This document shows, piece after piece, positions 9,785-22,068 of a stretch of DNA of 64,000 nucleotides. A program made the translations under genes and the position numbers. The notes under the pieces are model-generated. The model searched no databases. It had not been told where the DNA came from and saw only the letters and a program-made list of their open reading frames with translations. Numbering within the stretch: the first letter of the stretch is position 1; the number at the start of each line of letters is the position of its first letter. The DNA is from the human T2T-CHM13v2.0 reference genome, Homo sapiens: the NCBI RefSeq assembly GCF_009914755.1, contig NC_060931.1; one strand, written 5' to 3'.

Positions 9785-12700
9785 TTTTAACTTTGCGTTT
9801 GAAGAAACCAGGATTCAGTAGAAATGAATTTTTAGCGTAGGTTCTATGAAAAATGATAAATTCTAGACAGGCGCTTTCCAAACTATGCTCATCGAATTAA
9901 AAGTTTGGTAGCTGGAATGTTGCAGAATGCAGAGTGCTGAATGTGGCACACAGCTGACCCCCAGCGTCCTCTTCTAAAGGCACCTAAATCAACATTGCCT
10001 TAACCTGTATTTTATGTGGTTTGTGTGATAAATTTGCTTGTATATGGATAGGAGTATGAAAGAAAATTTCTCTTTATAGTGCCTGGATCATTACAAAACT
10101 AAAAGTTGCCTTATAGTGGTAGTGGCTAGATTATCCTCGAAATTCTGTAGTTTGAATTTAGGCATTTTCGGTTTTATGAGAGTGATTGGTTCGAATGTAC
10201 TAATTTGAAGGTTGTTTGTTATTTTTGCATGAATTTGCCTCATCAAGACTCAGCCATTTCCATTAAATGCCATTGCAATATCTAGTTAGCGCAATAAAAG
10301 AAGTACCATTTGTCTCTCTTCCTGGTCTATGCTGGAAGTGACTCATGAATTTGCAAACCCACCCTGACCTGGCTCTCCTGGGGACAGAAGGGTGAACGTA
10401 CCCACTGTCCCCACTCCCACCTCCTCTTCCATCAATGCATCACTGTGTCTTTACCCCTTCCAGGAAGCTATATTAAAAATTGTTAGTATTAACAGGCTGA
10501 ATATGGTGTTTTTTTCCCCTCACAGGGTCTAGGTGTGGTGATGAACAGGAATAAGTCTAATTAAATTGTGTATGCTATAACAGTCTGCTAAATTAGAGGA
10601 AAAAAAACCTGCTCTCAGCTTCCTAACTCTTGAAACGAGATAATGTCTTCATACTAAAAAAAAAAAAAAAAAGTGTTTTATTGCTTTAAAAATAATTTGA
10701 AAACCACTGGTCTAGACTTTTGATACTAAGCTTTTAGTGGCTTAGCAATATCACTATTTCTGTAAAACTTTCAGATACAAATAGTAATAGCATGGTAATG
10801 CCTTTATGACAAATTTCGCCATTACACTGAACCACATTTATAGAAAGATAAGATTCAAGTGCTTCCATCGAGACAGAATTTGTGAGGTAGAATCCAGCTG
10901 AATGTTAGTCAGTGTTAAAAATTGTTTGTTCAGTGATTAAGCTGAGAAGCTGTTACGCCTTAGCACCTAGCACAAAGATTGAAAAAACAAAATTATTTTA
11001 TTAGTTAAAAAAATTCATTATTAATATAGGTAATTTATTCTTGGAGGATCTTTTTCCTTTTAAGCTGAAACAAATTAAGGTTGGACAAGTGTCCCAAAGG
11101 GATTTCGGCCGAGAGTAAAAATCACACCTCAGAAACACATAACATATATAATATGAAAATTTGTCACCATTGTTTTATTCTAAAAAAGCTTAAGTTTTCT
11201 TTTGAAAAAAGAGTGAAACATTAAGATGTAAATGTATTGGAAAAAGTACTGGCAGGATTTGCTAGTGTATTTATTTTCTATTTTGGCAAGCAAATCCCTT
11301 TGTGAATTTTCTATTAATTAAGTCTGCATGTGTGGTAGGTGTGTTGTTGGTCAGTTAGTTCACGCAAGAGTAAAAAGAAAACAAAAAAAACCCAAAAATA
11401 TACCTACCAAAATAAAGATTAAATTCATTTCATGATACCTAAATGAAAACCTTGGTAAGGACACATTTATTTGCATGTATGAATGATTTCAAGCAAAGCA
11501 GAAGCATTAGCAGACTGACAAATTTGCATTTAAAATGCTTGTTTAAATAAACAAATATGGAATGTGGGAGTTCAAGTCTATAATCTAAAGCTTAGACCAA
11601 ATAGAGGCCCTTAACATATATGAATCTAATCATTTAAAAGTACTAAATTCTTTTCCAATTATTTAAACTAGTATTTTTCCTGGTGAAGTCTATGGTAATT
11701 CTTAAAGCACATGGAATTTTAAAGGCACACTAGATGGCTGCAATTAGCAAACCATGCAGTCAACTAAAATGTTTCCTCTGATTATCCCTGCCATACCCCT
11801 CTTCTTTCAATTTGCTAGAACTGATGAGGTTATGTTGCCAACTATGGCATTCCTTTCCCTTATTCTGATTATATTCACTTTTTTGTTAGCCTTAACTTGA
11901 AGGATCTCTAGATTTGAGAAAACAAGAAGTATCTTACTTTTACCAGAAAAAGAAAAAAGTGTTAGAGACCTTGCTCTATATAATGTATATGAAATAGACA
12001 CACATTATAGTACCAATCTCATTTTATATCTAGTTTTCTAATGTAATTCAGTGTTTGGAAAAAAAAATCTGCTCTTAATTTCTGGAAGAAAGCAATGACC
12101 ATTCAACTACCTTTCTCAGCAAGCTTTCCTTTTAAGGACACCTAAGAGCAGAAAAAAAAAACCACTTTATTATTATTATTACTTTTTGTTTATGTATGAA
12201 ATTTCTCTAAGACCCAGGGAAAATGAGCTTTTCTGTTGTTGTTCTATTGCACCTGCAGTAATCTGGGTAGTTGAAAACTATTACAATATGGGCAACATTT
12301 ACAAAATGAATGCAAATTGATATTGTTTAATTGTTTTTAACTTGATGAACAGATTTAAAATTTTACTATGAATCTATAATGGAGTAGATAGTCCCAGTGT
12401 AAAACATACTTTAAGTATTTAAATAAAGGAAAAAGCTAAAATTAAATACTAGAAAATACAATAAAATGCCATTTATTTGCCCATTTTAACTATGTGGTTT
12501 GTACAAGACTAAATATATTAATGAGAGCCCACTTTAATCTATCTTTCTCTCTAGCTCTCTACCCAGAGCTTTACTAAGCAAGATTTTATGGAAATATTCC
12601 ACAATTCAGCTTCTTACTCATTGTGACTACCTTTACCAATGAATAGTTTAGAAAAGCAATGTTTTACTCCACTGCAGAGATCCCTTGTACTATTAAAATG

Positions 12701-13202
12701 TGGTAGGTGCTGAGACACTTATGAAAAGTTATTCAAGTTGATATAATCACAAAATGAGACTCATTCTCTCCATCAGAGAGCTAGGAAAAACTCCTCCAAA
12801 AGCAATGTGCCCTTTGAAATTGGGGTCTAAAATAAAGATGAATGAATAATTACAGAAAATTTTTTCTCTAGAGTTTATATAGCTTATTTTCTCTCCCTAA
12901 TCATTCTGTCCATCAATGATTAAAAATCTGAAGTGTCATGCAAGCTTCATTGTTCTGTCCTTAACCGATCTTTTTCATTTGTTTCACTTTTACATTACTG
13001 TTTTGCTTTTGTTTAATTAAACGATGCTAGCAGCTTCTGTTGGCGGGGAGAGGGGGAGTTCATCAAAAGAACTATATTTACACTTTTTCACACATATGCA
13101 TGAACAGAAATAGAAAATGAGTAATTAGATTGTATTTACATATGCACACATCTTGCAGGCATATAGTAAGGGGCTATGTTAGGAACCACTTGCTAAAATA
13201 AT

Positions 13203-13503
13203 TGTTTTTTGGGGTTAATTTGGTGACAGGGTCTTGCTCTTTTGCCCCAACTGGAGTACAGTGGTGCAGTCTCTGCCTACTGCAGCCTTGACCTCCTGCG
13301 CTCAAGCAATCCTTCTGTCTCAGCTTCCCAAGTAGCTGGGACTACAGGCACATGCCACCACACCTGGCTAATTTTGTATTTTTTTGTAGCAACTTGGCTT
13401 TGCCATGTAACCCAGGCTGGTCTCAAATTCCTTACTTCAAGCTGTCTGCCTGCCATGGCCTCCCAAAGTGCTGGGATTACAGGCGTGAGCCACTGTGCCC
13501 AGC
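13203..13503 (-). mobile_element. AluJ
   Basis: GACAGGGTCTTGCTCT...CTCAAGCAATCC...GCCACTGTGCCCAGC; diverged, with a degraded tail. Confidence 0.9.
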
Positions 13504-14134
13504 ACTAAAGGAAAATTTTAAATCACTTTGATAATGAAATTATAAATAGTGTCACAAGCCCCTAATTTCCTTATGGTTAATTAATGCTAAATGGATGATA
13601 CAAGCAGTGAAATTTATAGAATTTTTTGAGACTCCAAAAGAATCTCCTAGTATACAAGTATTTTGGAAATCATTTCATTAATTTCTTCTAGAATTTTGTA
13701 TCATGGTCATCAACCCAATGAGCCAAGGCATGTGTCATTAATGAAATTAATCTAGGAGATGATTTCACTAATATGGATAGAGATGAAATGAATAGCCCAA
13801 AACCTCAGTGTGCATGTCACCAGTCTGTGTTAGTGTGAAAGGCTATGCATAAAGGTTAACACTTTTTAATCAAGAGAAGATATTTGCACCATAGAATCTT
13901 CTCAGGCAGTTTCAAACTTAGTTATTTAAAATGCTCCCCTGGTTATATTTTCTTAAATCTCATTATGTCACCTTGTTCATTTTCATTTCTCTTTAATTGC
14001 TTTTTATTTTACTCTAATAAAATGTAACACCATTTATTTTCCTCATTTGAATTTACAAATGCAAAGTATGCAGAATTATAATTCTTAATTTTAAATGTTT
14101 TACCTCCAATTCCCCTTAAAGTGAATTCACTTAC

Positions 14135-14292
14135 TAAGCTGCTGAGTCATTGAGCTGATATTCAGATGCCCTTTCAAAGCAGGCCTGAATTCCTGGATCT
14201 CTCCACAGCCGTTTTATTACCTCAGCCAGTTGAGGTGTCATGCCACCATCTTCCAGGGTATTTGCCATTGCATAAAGTTGTCGTTGGTCCTC
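14135..14292 (-). CDS. GNAT3: GNAT3 coding exon 4 ([53 protein letters not shown])
   Basis: TTCTAG|GAG GAC CAA CGA ... GCA GCT TA|GTAAGT; 158 nt; G-alpha helical domain. Confidence 0.98.
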
Positions 14293-14731
14293 CTAGAACA
14301 ATATTTTGGTGAGAATAAGTATGTATTATTTGGAATCACATATTCTATTTTCTAATAGAGTAATTTACTGGGATAATTTTAATCTTATTCTTTTAGCTAA
14401 TAATTCCACCAAACATCTTTTTGAACTATATTGAGGTAAATAGAACTAAAGTTTTTCATGGCTGGATGATGCCCAGAAGAGTTCTCCTTTGCAAAAACTA
14501 TAAAATATTATGTGAAGAAATTAGCATATTTTGAAATATGTCACTGACTTCTGAATATGATATCAAGGAGGATAATAATACTTTGCTGTAGTCATACTAA
14601 GTTTGCAAAAGGTCTACATATTATACCAAGGTAAAATAAAAATTAAGCTGATTTAATCTGGTATCTTCTTCTTTTTTTAATCATCGCCATGAATTTTTCT
14701 AGAAAAAAAAAGCCAAGTAAAAATTAGAGTA

Positions 14732-15024
<293 letters not shown>

Positions 15025-15724
15025 TTAGAGTAAAAATGGAAATAAATTCATTATTCTAAAATTGTATTGTTTCAAAAAATTAATATATAATGTTTTTTTG
15101 TCATCGGGTTACTGCCTCGTAATCATATAAAGAATGGTAAACATTTGGATCCACATAATATTTTTGAACATCCCTGTAGGCATTGTTGATTGCATATGCC
15201 TTTGGAACAAATCAGTAGGACAGAGGTGAGAGTTTTTTATGCAAAGCAAGGAATTATTGTCTTAGTCCTGTTGGGATAACATTTGGAGGTTACCAGCAAA
15301 GAAGGAAATAGAAGTTTACTGAGTAAATACTATAGTCTGCAATTTATTTAAACAAATAATCAAAATAGCTTTATGACAAATCATTTTTTAAAAAATTAAG
15401 ATGTTGAGTTTCAGAATAACTAAATTGACTGTGGTAATAGCCCAGGCAAATGGAGAAGTCTGAACTCAACCTTGTTGTCAGCCTCTAAAACTGATATCTT
15501 TTTTAGCTCATAACCCTCCTAGTGCATATTATTACAATTTACAAAACTGCACATGCAATATCACACATAATCCTCACAACCATGAGATAGACACTATATT
15601 TTCTCCATTTTACATGTGAGGAATCTAAAACTCAGAGTTTTAGAAACGAGTAAACCAGTAAATACAATAAGTATCAGAATAAGAGTCAAATACAAGCGCA
15701 TTTTGTGCCATGTCAGGCTGTTAC

Positions 15725-16274
15725 TGTTACAGGAAAGGGGTCCCAATCCAGATCCCAAGAGAGGGTTCTTGGATCTCACACAAGAAAGAATTCAGGACGA
15801 GTCCATAGGGCAAAATGAAAGCAAGTTTATTCAGAAAGTGAAGGAATAAAAGAATGGCTACTCCATATACAGAGCAGCCCCGAGGGCTGCTGGTTGTTCA
15901 TTTTTGTGGTTTCTTGATGATATGCTAAACAAGGGGTGGATTATTCATGCCTCCCCTTGTTAGAGCATATAGGGTAACTTCCTGACATTGCCATGGCATT
16001 TGTAAACTGTCATGGTGCTGGTGGGAGTATAGCGGTGAGGACAAGCAGAGGTCACTCTCATGGCCATCTTGGTTTGGGTGGGTTTGGGCCAGCTTCTTAC
16101 TGCAGCCTGTTTATCAGCAAGGTCGTTATGACCTGCATCTTGTGCCGACCTCCTTATCTCACCCTGTAACTTAGAATGCCTTAACTGTCTGGGAATGAAG
16201 CCTAGTGGGTCTCATTCTCATTTTCCTCAGCTCCTATTTAAGATGAAGTTGCTCTGGTTCAAATGCCTCTGACA
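15725..16274 (-). mobile_element. MER41A solo LTR (ERV1)
   Basis: Reverse complement starts TGTCAGAGGCATTTGAACCAGAGCAACT and ends CCCCTTTCCTGTAACA; 550 bp; flanks TTAC/CTAC (decayed 4-bp TSD). Confidence 0.9.
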
Positions 16275-16536
16275 CTACCAGTGAAGTATGTTCAATAAGA
16301 ACTTGCTGCTTTTCTGATACAACTCAGCTTATTATTATTTTGAATTGACTACAGTTTTTTTCTACCATTTTATCAAAAATCTGTTCTTTGTATAAAAAAT
16401 AAGGATATGTCACTTATTGTTAAAGAGACACTGGTAAGGGTAAAAAAAGAAAATAACTTATTCTATCTTTCTTCACAATCAGCTTTTATTGTTAAAAGTA
16501 AACTGATCAGATGGTCATTGGTCCACATATTCAATG

Positions 16537-17454
16537 TGTAAACCAAAAACAAAATTCTAAGTCCCCCAAGCAACAGAATTCTAAGCCCCGCAACCAACAG
16601 AAATCCCTCTTGGCCAACAGAATTCCAAAGTAAACCTGAAAAACTAGGTCAGGCTGTGATAGGAAGGGTGGGGTCAGACATGCCTCATTAGGCCCTCCTC
16701 CCTTTGGAATTCAGGCATAACTCACCCGCATTAACATTGAAACAGAGATCTTAGGACTGATAAAACAGAATCTTTATAGCAATAAGATTCCAAATTCCAA
16801 ACTGACTCCAGTATAGAGCAGGCCCTGAAAGAAATTATTTTACCCCCAAATATATTTTTTTGGCATATATAAAAGAATAAAAGAAAATAACAAGAAAATA
16901 AAAGCTGTCTTTTGTGGGGGAAGTTTACATTGTGTAGAGAAGCCCCTTCCCTTTTCAAGGCCTTTTCTGATCCTGGTGAGATTAGCTGAAAGTCTAGCAC
17001 TTTTTAAAGGTCTACATAGGAAATATTTGCCATCTATTGCCTCTAAGGGTGCCACCTATGAGGCTTCATCTACATAATAAGAACCTTGGTCTCCACAGAC
17101 TCTTAACCTAGAGACTCCTTTCTACTGATTCTAGGCCTTTAGACAATAACTTAATTCTTTCAACCAATCAGAAAATAACTTAATTCTTTTCAACCAATCA
17201 GAAAATGTTTGAATCCACCTATGACTGGAAGGTCCCGCTTCAAATTGTCCTGCCTTTCTGGACCTTGCATGTATTGACTGATATCTGCCTGTAACTTTAA
17301 TCCCCATAGAATGTATAAAATCAGGCAATAACTTAACTACCTTGGGCATATGTTCTCAGGACCTCCTGAGGCTGTGCCATGGGTCATGGCCCTCACATTT
17401 GGCTCAAAATAAATCTCTTCAAGTATTTTACGGAGTTTGGCTTTTTTGTCAACA
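16537..17454 (+). mobile_element. MER4-group solo LTR (MER4D-like, ERV1)
   Basis: TGTAAACCAAAAACAAAATTCTAAG...AATAAATCTCTTC...TTTGTCAACA; perfect 4-bp TSD AATG at 16533-16536 and 17455-17458. Confidence 0.88.
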
Positions 17455-17739
17455 AATGGCCATATCAAGTCTCAACCTGATTTTCCTGCATCAACACAGG
17501 ATAGATTTTTAAAACCCCATTTCTCTGTTAAATGGATATGAAAGAGAACTGCAAGTTCAGTGAAATATGCTCTGGTCACTTTCACTAGCATCATGCTATT
17601 GGCTCCTTCCACTATTAAAGTGCTGTTTAGGAGGAATGATGCCATAAAACAACCACTACACAGTTTTATCCCTAAGGAGAAAAAATTATATATCTTGTCA
17701 GCATAGCTTTACAAACCAAACAAATATACTGTTTCATTT

Positions 17740-18123
17740 CTTTCTGTTTTTCTTTCTTATTTTCTTTTTCTTTTTTCTTTCTTTTTCTTTTTTGTTTTTT
17801 TGTTTGTTTGTTTGTTTGTTTTTTGAGACGGAGTCTTGCTCTGTCATGCAGGCTGGAGTGCAGTGGCACAACCTAGGCTCACTTCAACCTCCACCTCCCA
17901 CTTTCAAGCGATTCTCCTGCCTCAGCCTCCCAAGTAGCTGAGACTACAGGTGCACACCACCACACCCAGCTAATTTTTGTAATTTTTTTTTTTTTTTTTT
18001 TTTTTAGTAGGGTCGAGGTTTCACCATGTTGGCCAGGATGGTCTCGATCTCTTGACCTCATGATCTGCCCACCTCGGGCTCCCAAAGTGCTAGGATTACA
18101 GGCGTGAACCACCATACCTGTCC
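17740..18123 (-). mobile_element. Alu (S family) with extended T-rich tail and expanded middle A-tract
   Basis: GAGACGGAGTCTTGCTCTGTC...; T run at 17983-18005; (TTTG)n tail. Confidence 0.93.
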
Positions 18124-18342
18124 TTCCTTTTTAAAAAAATATTCTATTTTTAATTTCAATATACTTTATTTGTAGAGGTATCATGAATATAGTTCTAGTT
18201 TAAACACTTCAATGTTACAAAGTCTCCCTTGACCACTTCAATCCTACTACCTCCTACAAAGGCAAGTTATCCTATCAGGTTGGTTTTTGTGTCTCCAGAC
18301 CTTTTACTTTTTAAATTTGTGCGTGCATAGTTGGAGCCTACG

Positions 18343-18521
18343 GTAATGATTTTCAATCCAGGCTGCACATTACAAGCATATGGTGTACCCTTAAAAGTAC
18401 TGATAGCAGAACTGCAACCCAAACAAAATGAATCAGCATCCTTGCATGTCAGGCCCTGCAAAGGTAGTTTTTAAAAGCTTCAAGGTGACGCAACTGTTCT
18501 GACTGCATTAAGAATTTCTGG
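18343..18521. mobile_element. MER5A-like hAT-Charlie DNA transposon
   Basis: TTTTCAATCCAGGCTGCACATTA...TGAATCAGCATC...TTTTTAAAAGCTTCAAGGTGA pattern. Confidence 0.6.
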
Positions 18522-19254
18522 CAATATACAGTTGTTATTTTTTTAACCATAAATAACACTTTATTGAACATAGTGTATTTCCATTCTTGATGTTCTTCTG
18601 TGCTTATTGAAAAGCTGGTATAATTTAAAGAATTACAATTCTTTAAATTTAAAATTCCTTAAAGCTTTTAAAGGATTGAGCCTACCCATCAAATGTGAAT
18701 TTTTAAAATATATAACACCAAAATGTATAGGTATTATGAAAACTTAGCTTCCTCATAACGGCCAAACTGATCGAACACTTAACTCCTATTTTATTGTTAT
18801 ATTTTAAAAACTCTAGTAATTTCTCACCAAACTCAAAACTCAACATAAAACCCAAATCCCTTATCCCTTACTGTGACTCACAAGGTTCTACATGTTTTGA
18901 TCCCCTCTTTCCCTCCTTTCTCCCTTTCTCTCCCTGCCACCAAGACTCAAGATGCACTGAACAATTTGTTGCTCCTTGAACTCACCAAGCCCTCATTTCA
19001 GCGCATTTCAGTGGTTGTTGCCTCCATGTCCTTCGGTGGTTCACTTCCTTTTTCACTCAAGTCTCTTCCCAATACCACCTCCTCAATGAAGCCTTCTCTA
19101 ATCATCCTTTCTGCCACATTTTTCAAATAACACCCTGTGGATTTGAGTGGCATCCCAAAGAAGTTTTATTTCCCTATGAGGTATTTGGAAAAGCTTGGGA
19201 ATTACAGTGGGCCTGGAATGGCTCATTCTCTCTCTCTCTCTCTTTAAAGAATAT

Positions 19255-19377
19255 TTATTTTATTTACTCATCATTTTTATTTTACTTTAAGTTCTGGGAT
19301 ACATGTGCAGAACATGAAGGTTTGTTACATAGGTATACATGTGCTATGGTGGTTTCCTGCACCTATCAACTCATCTT
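19255..19377 (-). mobile_element. Heavily 5'-truncated L1PA 3' end
   Basis: TTTTACTTTAAGTTCTGGGATACATGTGCAGAAC...GCACCTATCAAC; TCATTCTCT repeated on both flanks. Confidence 0.85.
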
Positions 19378-21744
19378 CATTCTCTTAAGATTGTGTAACT
19401 TTGGGACTACATTGTATAGAAAATAAAATATGTGTTTTCCCTACAGATTACTCAGAACTTCATCGTTAATATTAGGGATCCCAGGTGGTCTTAGAACTTT
19501 GTGGAACTTATTCTGAACCCTAGAGTCATATTTCCAAATATCATGAAAAAAATATCAAAAGAAAGGAAGACTATATAGTTTACCTAGTAATTGTGAGAAA
19601 TGCTGAGTTAAAAATACCATGTTTTGTGGCTACTCGGTTTTCAGAATCTTTGAGTAGTAATATTGGTTGAAAATTTCCAAGTTATTGGACGCATATATAC
19701 CAAACAAATCTAATCACAGAACTTCAATTGTAGAACATCTTGAGGAATCAGTGCTTTTTGGTTCATATTGTAGAGTTTACTTTGTAGGGTTCTATGTCCA
19801 AGATGATTACAACAGTGCTCAAATTATGTAGTAAAAGTGTTACAATTTTCAGCATTCTTTTATGTCAGTTGAGTGGATTCTATATGCTCCAAAATAGGAT
19901 ATAATAATATTCAAAAGGATAAGTAGATATTTACTAAATATCTTCATTATTTCTCCTTTCCTATTTCTTCAGGATATGAAGGTTTGTTACATAGGTAACA
20001 AAAAAAGAGGGTTTGTTAACCCTCTTTTCAAGTTCTATGCTTAGGAAATTCTAAGCCTATCAAATACTAAACCACAACCAATAAGAACAATCCCGATTTA
20101 GCTGCTTCCCCTCTAACTACATATCCCATCTCTCTCCTACTCCTTGGCTATAGGTCCTGAAATATTGTCCTTAACTGTTCCAATAGCCTATTCTCATTTC
20201 TCCACATATTCCACAGGAGTAGGAGTCCACCATTCTTCTGGAACCTCTCTCACTATATTCCCAATGGCTCCATATTTCTAAATCCAATAGATTCTATTTA
20301 ATAGTTTCCTTTCTTGACCTCTCAAGACCTTTCAATGTGGATAATTCCCTTTGGAACACTTCTCTTGAATTCTGTGATTTCGCATACTTCTGATTTCCTT
20401 TTACTCTTCTGTCCTCTCCCTTGAAGGTTCTTTTCCTAACAAATGAGCAGAAAATATTGTGTGTTTTTTTTTTTTTAACACTCTTCCCTAGACTCTGTTA
20501 TCCCTAATACCCTTCCCTTCTTAATCTAAGTGCTTCCTTCACCTATTCCATCCTACTTTCTTAGTATGAATTATATGCCATAGTATAATGGCATGCCAAT
20601 AACACCTAGATTTAGATCTCTAGACAAAGTGTCCATTTTGGGCTTCAAATGCACATTTGTAATTGCTTACATATGTAGATATCAAATAGAACTTACAAAC
20701 TCATTCCAAAACCAAACTAATTAGTTCTTTTCCATCCTCATTTAATGTTAGTGTTCCCCTTCTTAGTAATTCCTTCTTTAAGCAAGGATTGAGCTCCACA
20801 TATAGCTGCACAGCCTTTTTGAAATAGCATATTTGTAGTTACTTGTTAAACATCAAGCTCTCCTCTCCTGATGACAAATATTATTTCCATCTCAGTTACT
20901 GCTGAGCCCTCACTACATCCCCGGTGTCCAACTAAATGTCTACCACATAAATAATAGTTTAATAAAAAATAATTTTTTCAAATGATGTTGGATGTATAGA
21001 TTTCACTACCTAAATTTTAATGATCCTATATTCAAAATAAATATTGAAAAATAATACCTAATATTTACTGAAAATGTACATTCTATAATACTCTGTATAT
21101 AGTGGATTTCTTATGTTTTTGCTTCCTTCTTTAATAGTCATTGTAACTCAAGGAGGAAAGCCATAACATTCTGTGGAAGCAGACACTGAAATTTAGAGAG
21201 GTTAACTTGTCCAAACTTATAGACCCAGTGACTAATAAAGCTCACATAAATTTTCTATCAGAACTTCTCTCTTTGGCAATCTGTGTGATGATGTGCAAAT
21301 GGCTATATAAAAGTATATGCACTTGTATAAATAAATAATTGAGAGCTAACCAGAACTCTGAAAGTCACATGTAGGTAGTGTTTAGCAATCAATCTGTTAA
21401 ATAAACAATTTTAAACAGGTCAAGAGTATATTAATCTCAAAACCAAGTACTAGAATGCAGCTGAAACTGATAGAGTTCACATAAGTGGAAATCAAAATAT
21501 GAACTATGTCGTGCCTGACAACTGTGATGTTCTGATAGTTGAGAATATAGGTACTCTTGAGAAGTTATGACAATGGCTAAGTGCTGCTTAAGTTGATCTG
21601 TTTATGCCATTCAATGTACAGTTTGAATGAACTGTACTTTTATTTTTTAATTAGCATGATGGCAGCAATGTGTAGAGTTTATTATTTTCACTTCCCCTAT
21701 ATGTCAACTCATTAAGACTTTTACTAATAAATCTCTCATCTCAC

Positions 21745-22068
21745 TTTTTTTTTTTTCAAGACAGGGTCTTGCTCTGTTGCCCAGGCTGGAGTGCAGTGGC
21801 GCCATCACAGCTGCTGCAACCTCAACCTCCCAAGCTCAAGTGAATCTCCCACCTCAGCCTCCCAAGTAGCTGGGACTACAGGTACACACCACCATGCCTA
21901 GCTATTTTTTTTTCTTTTTCTTTTCCTTTTTTTTTTTTTTTTTTTTTTTATAGATACAGTGTCTGGTTATATTGTTCAGACTGGTCTGGAACTCCCGGGC
22001 TCAAGCGATCCTCTTGCCTCAGCCTCCCAAGATGTTGAGATTATAGGCATGAGACACCATATCTGGTC
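21745..22068 (-). mobile_element. AluJ
   Basis: Poly-T, AGACAGGGTCTTGCTCTGTTGCCCAGG..., long middle T-tract. Confidence 0.92.

Noticed and set aside
15725-16274. MER41 as an interferon-inducible enhancer
   Set aside because: The tandem GAS motifs of MER41B are absent from this MER41A-type copy.
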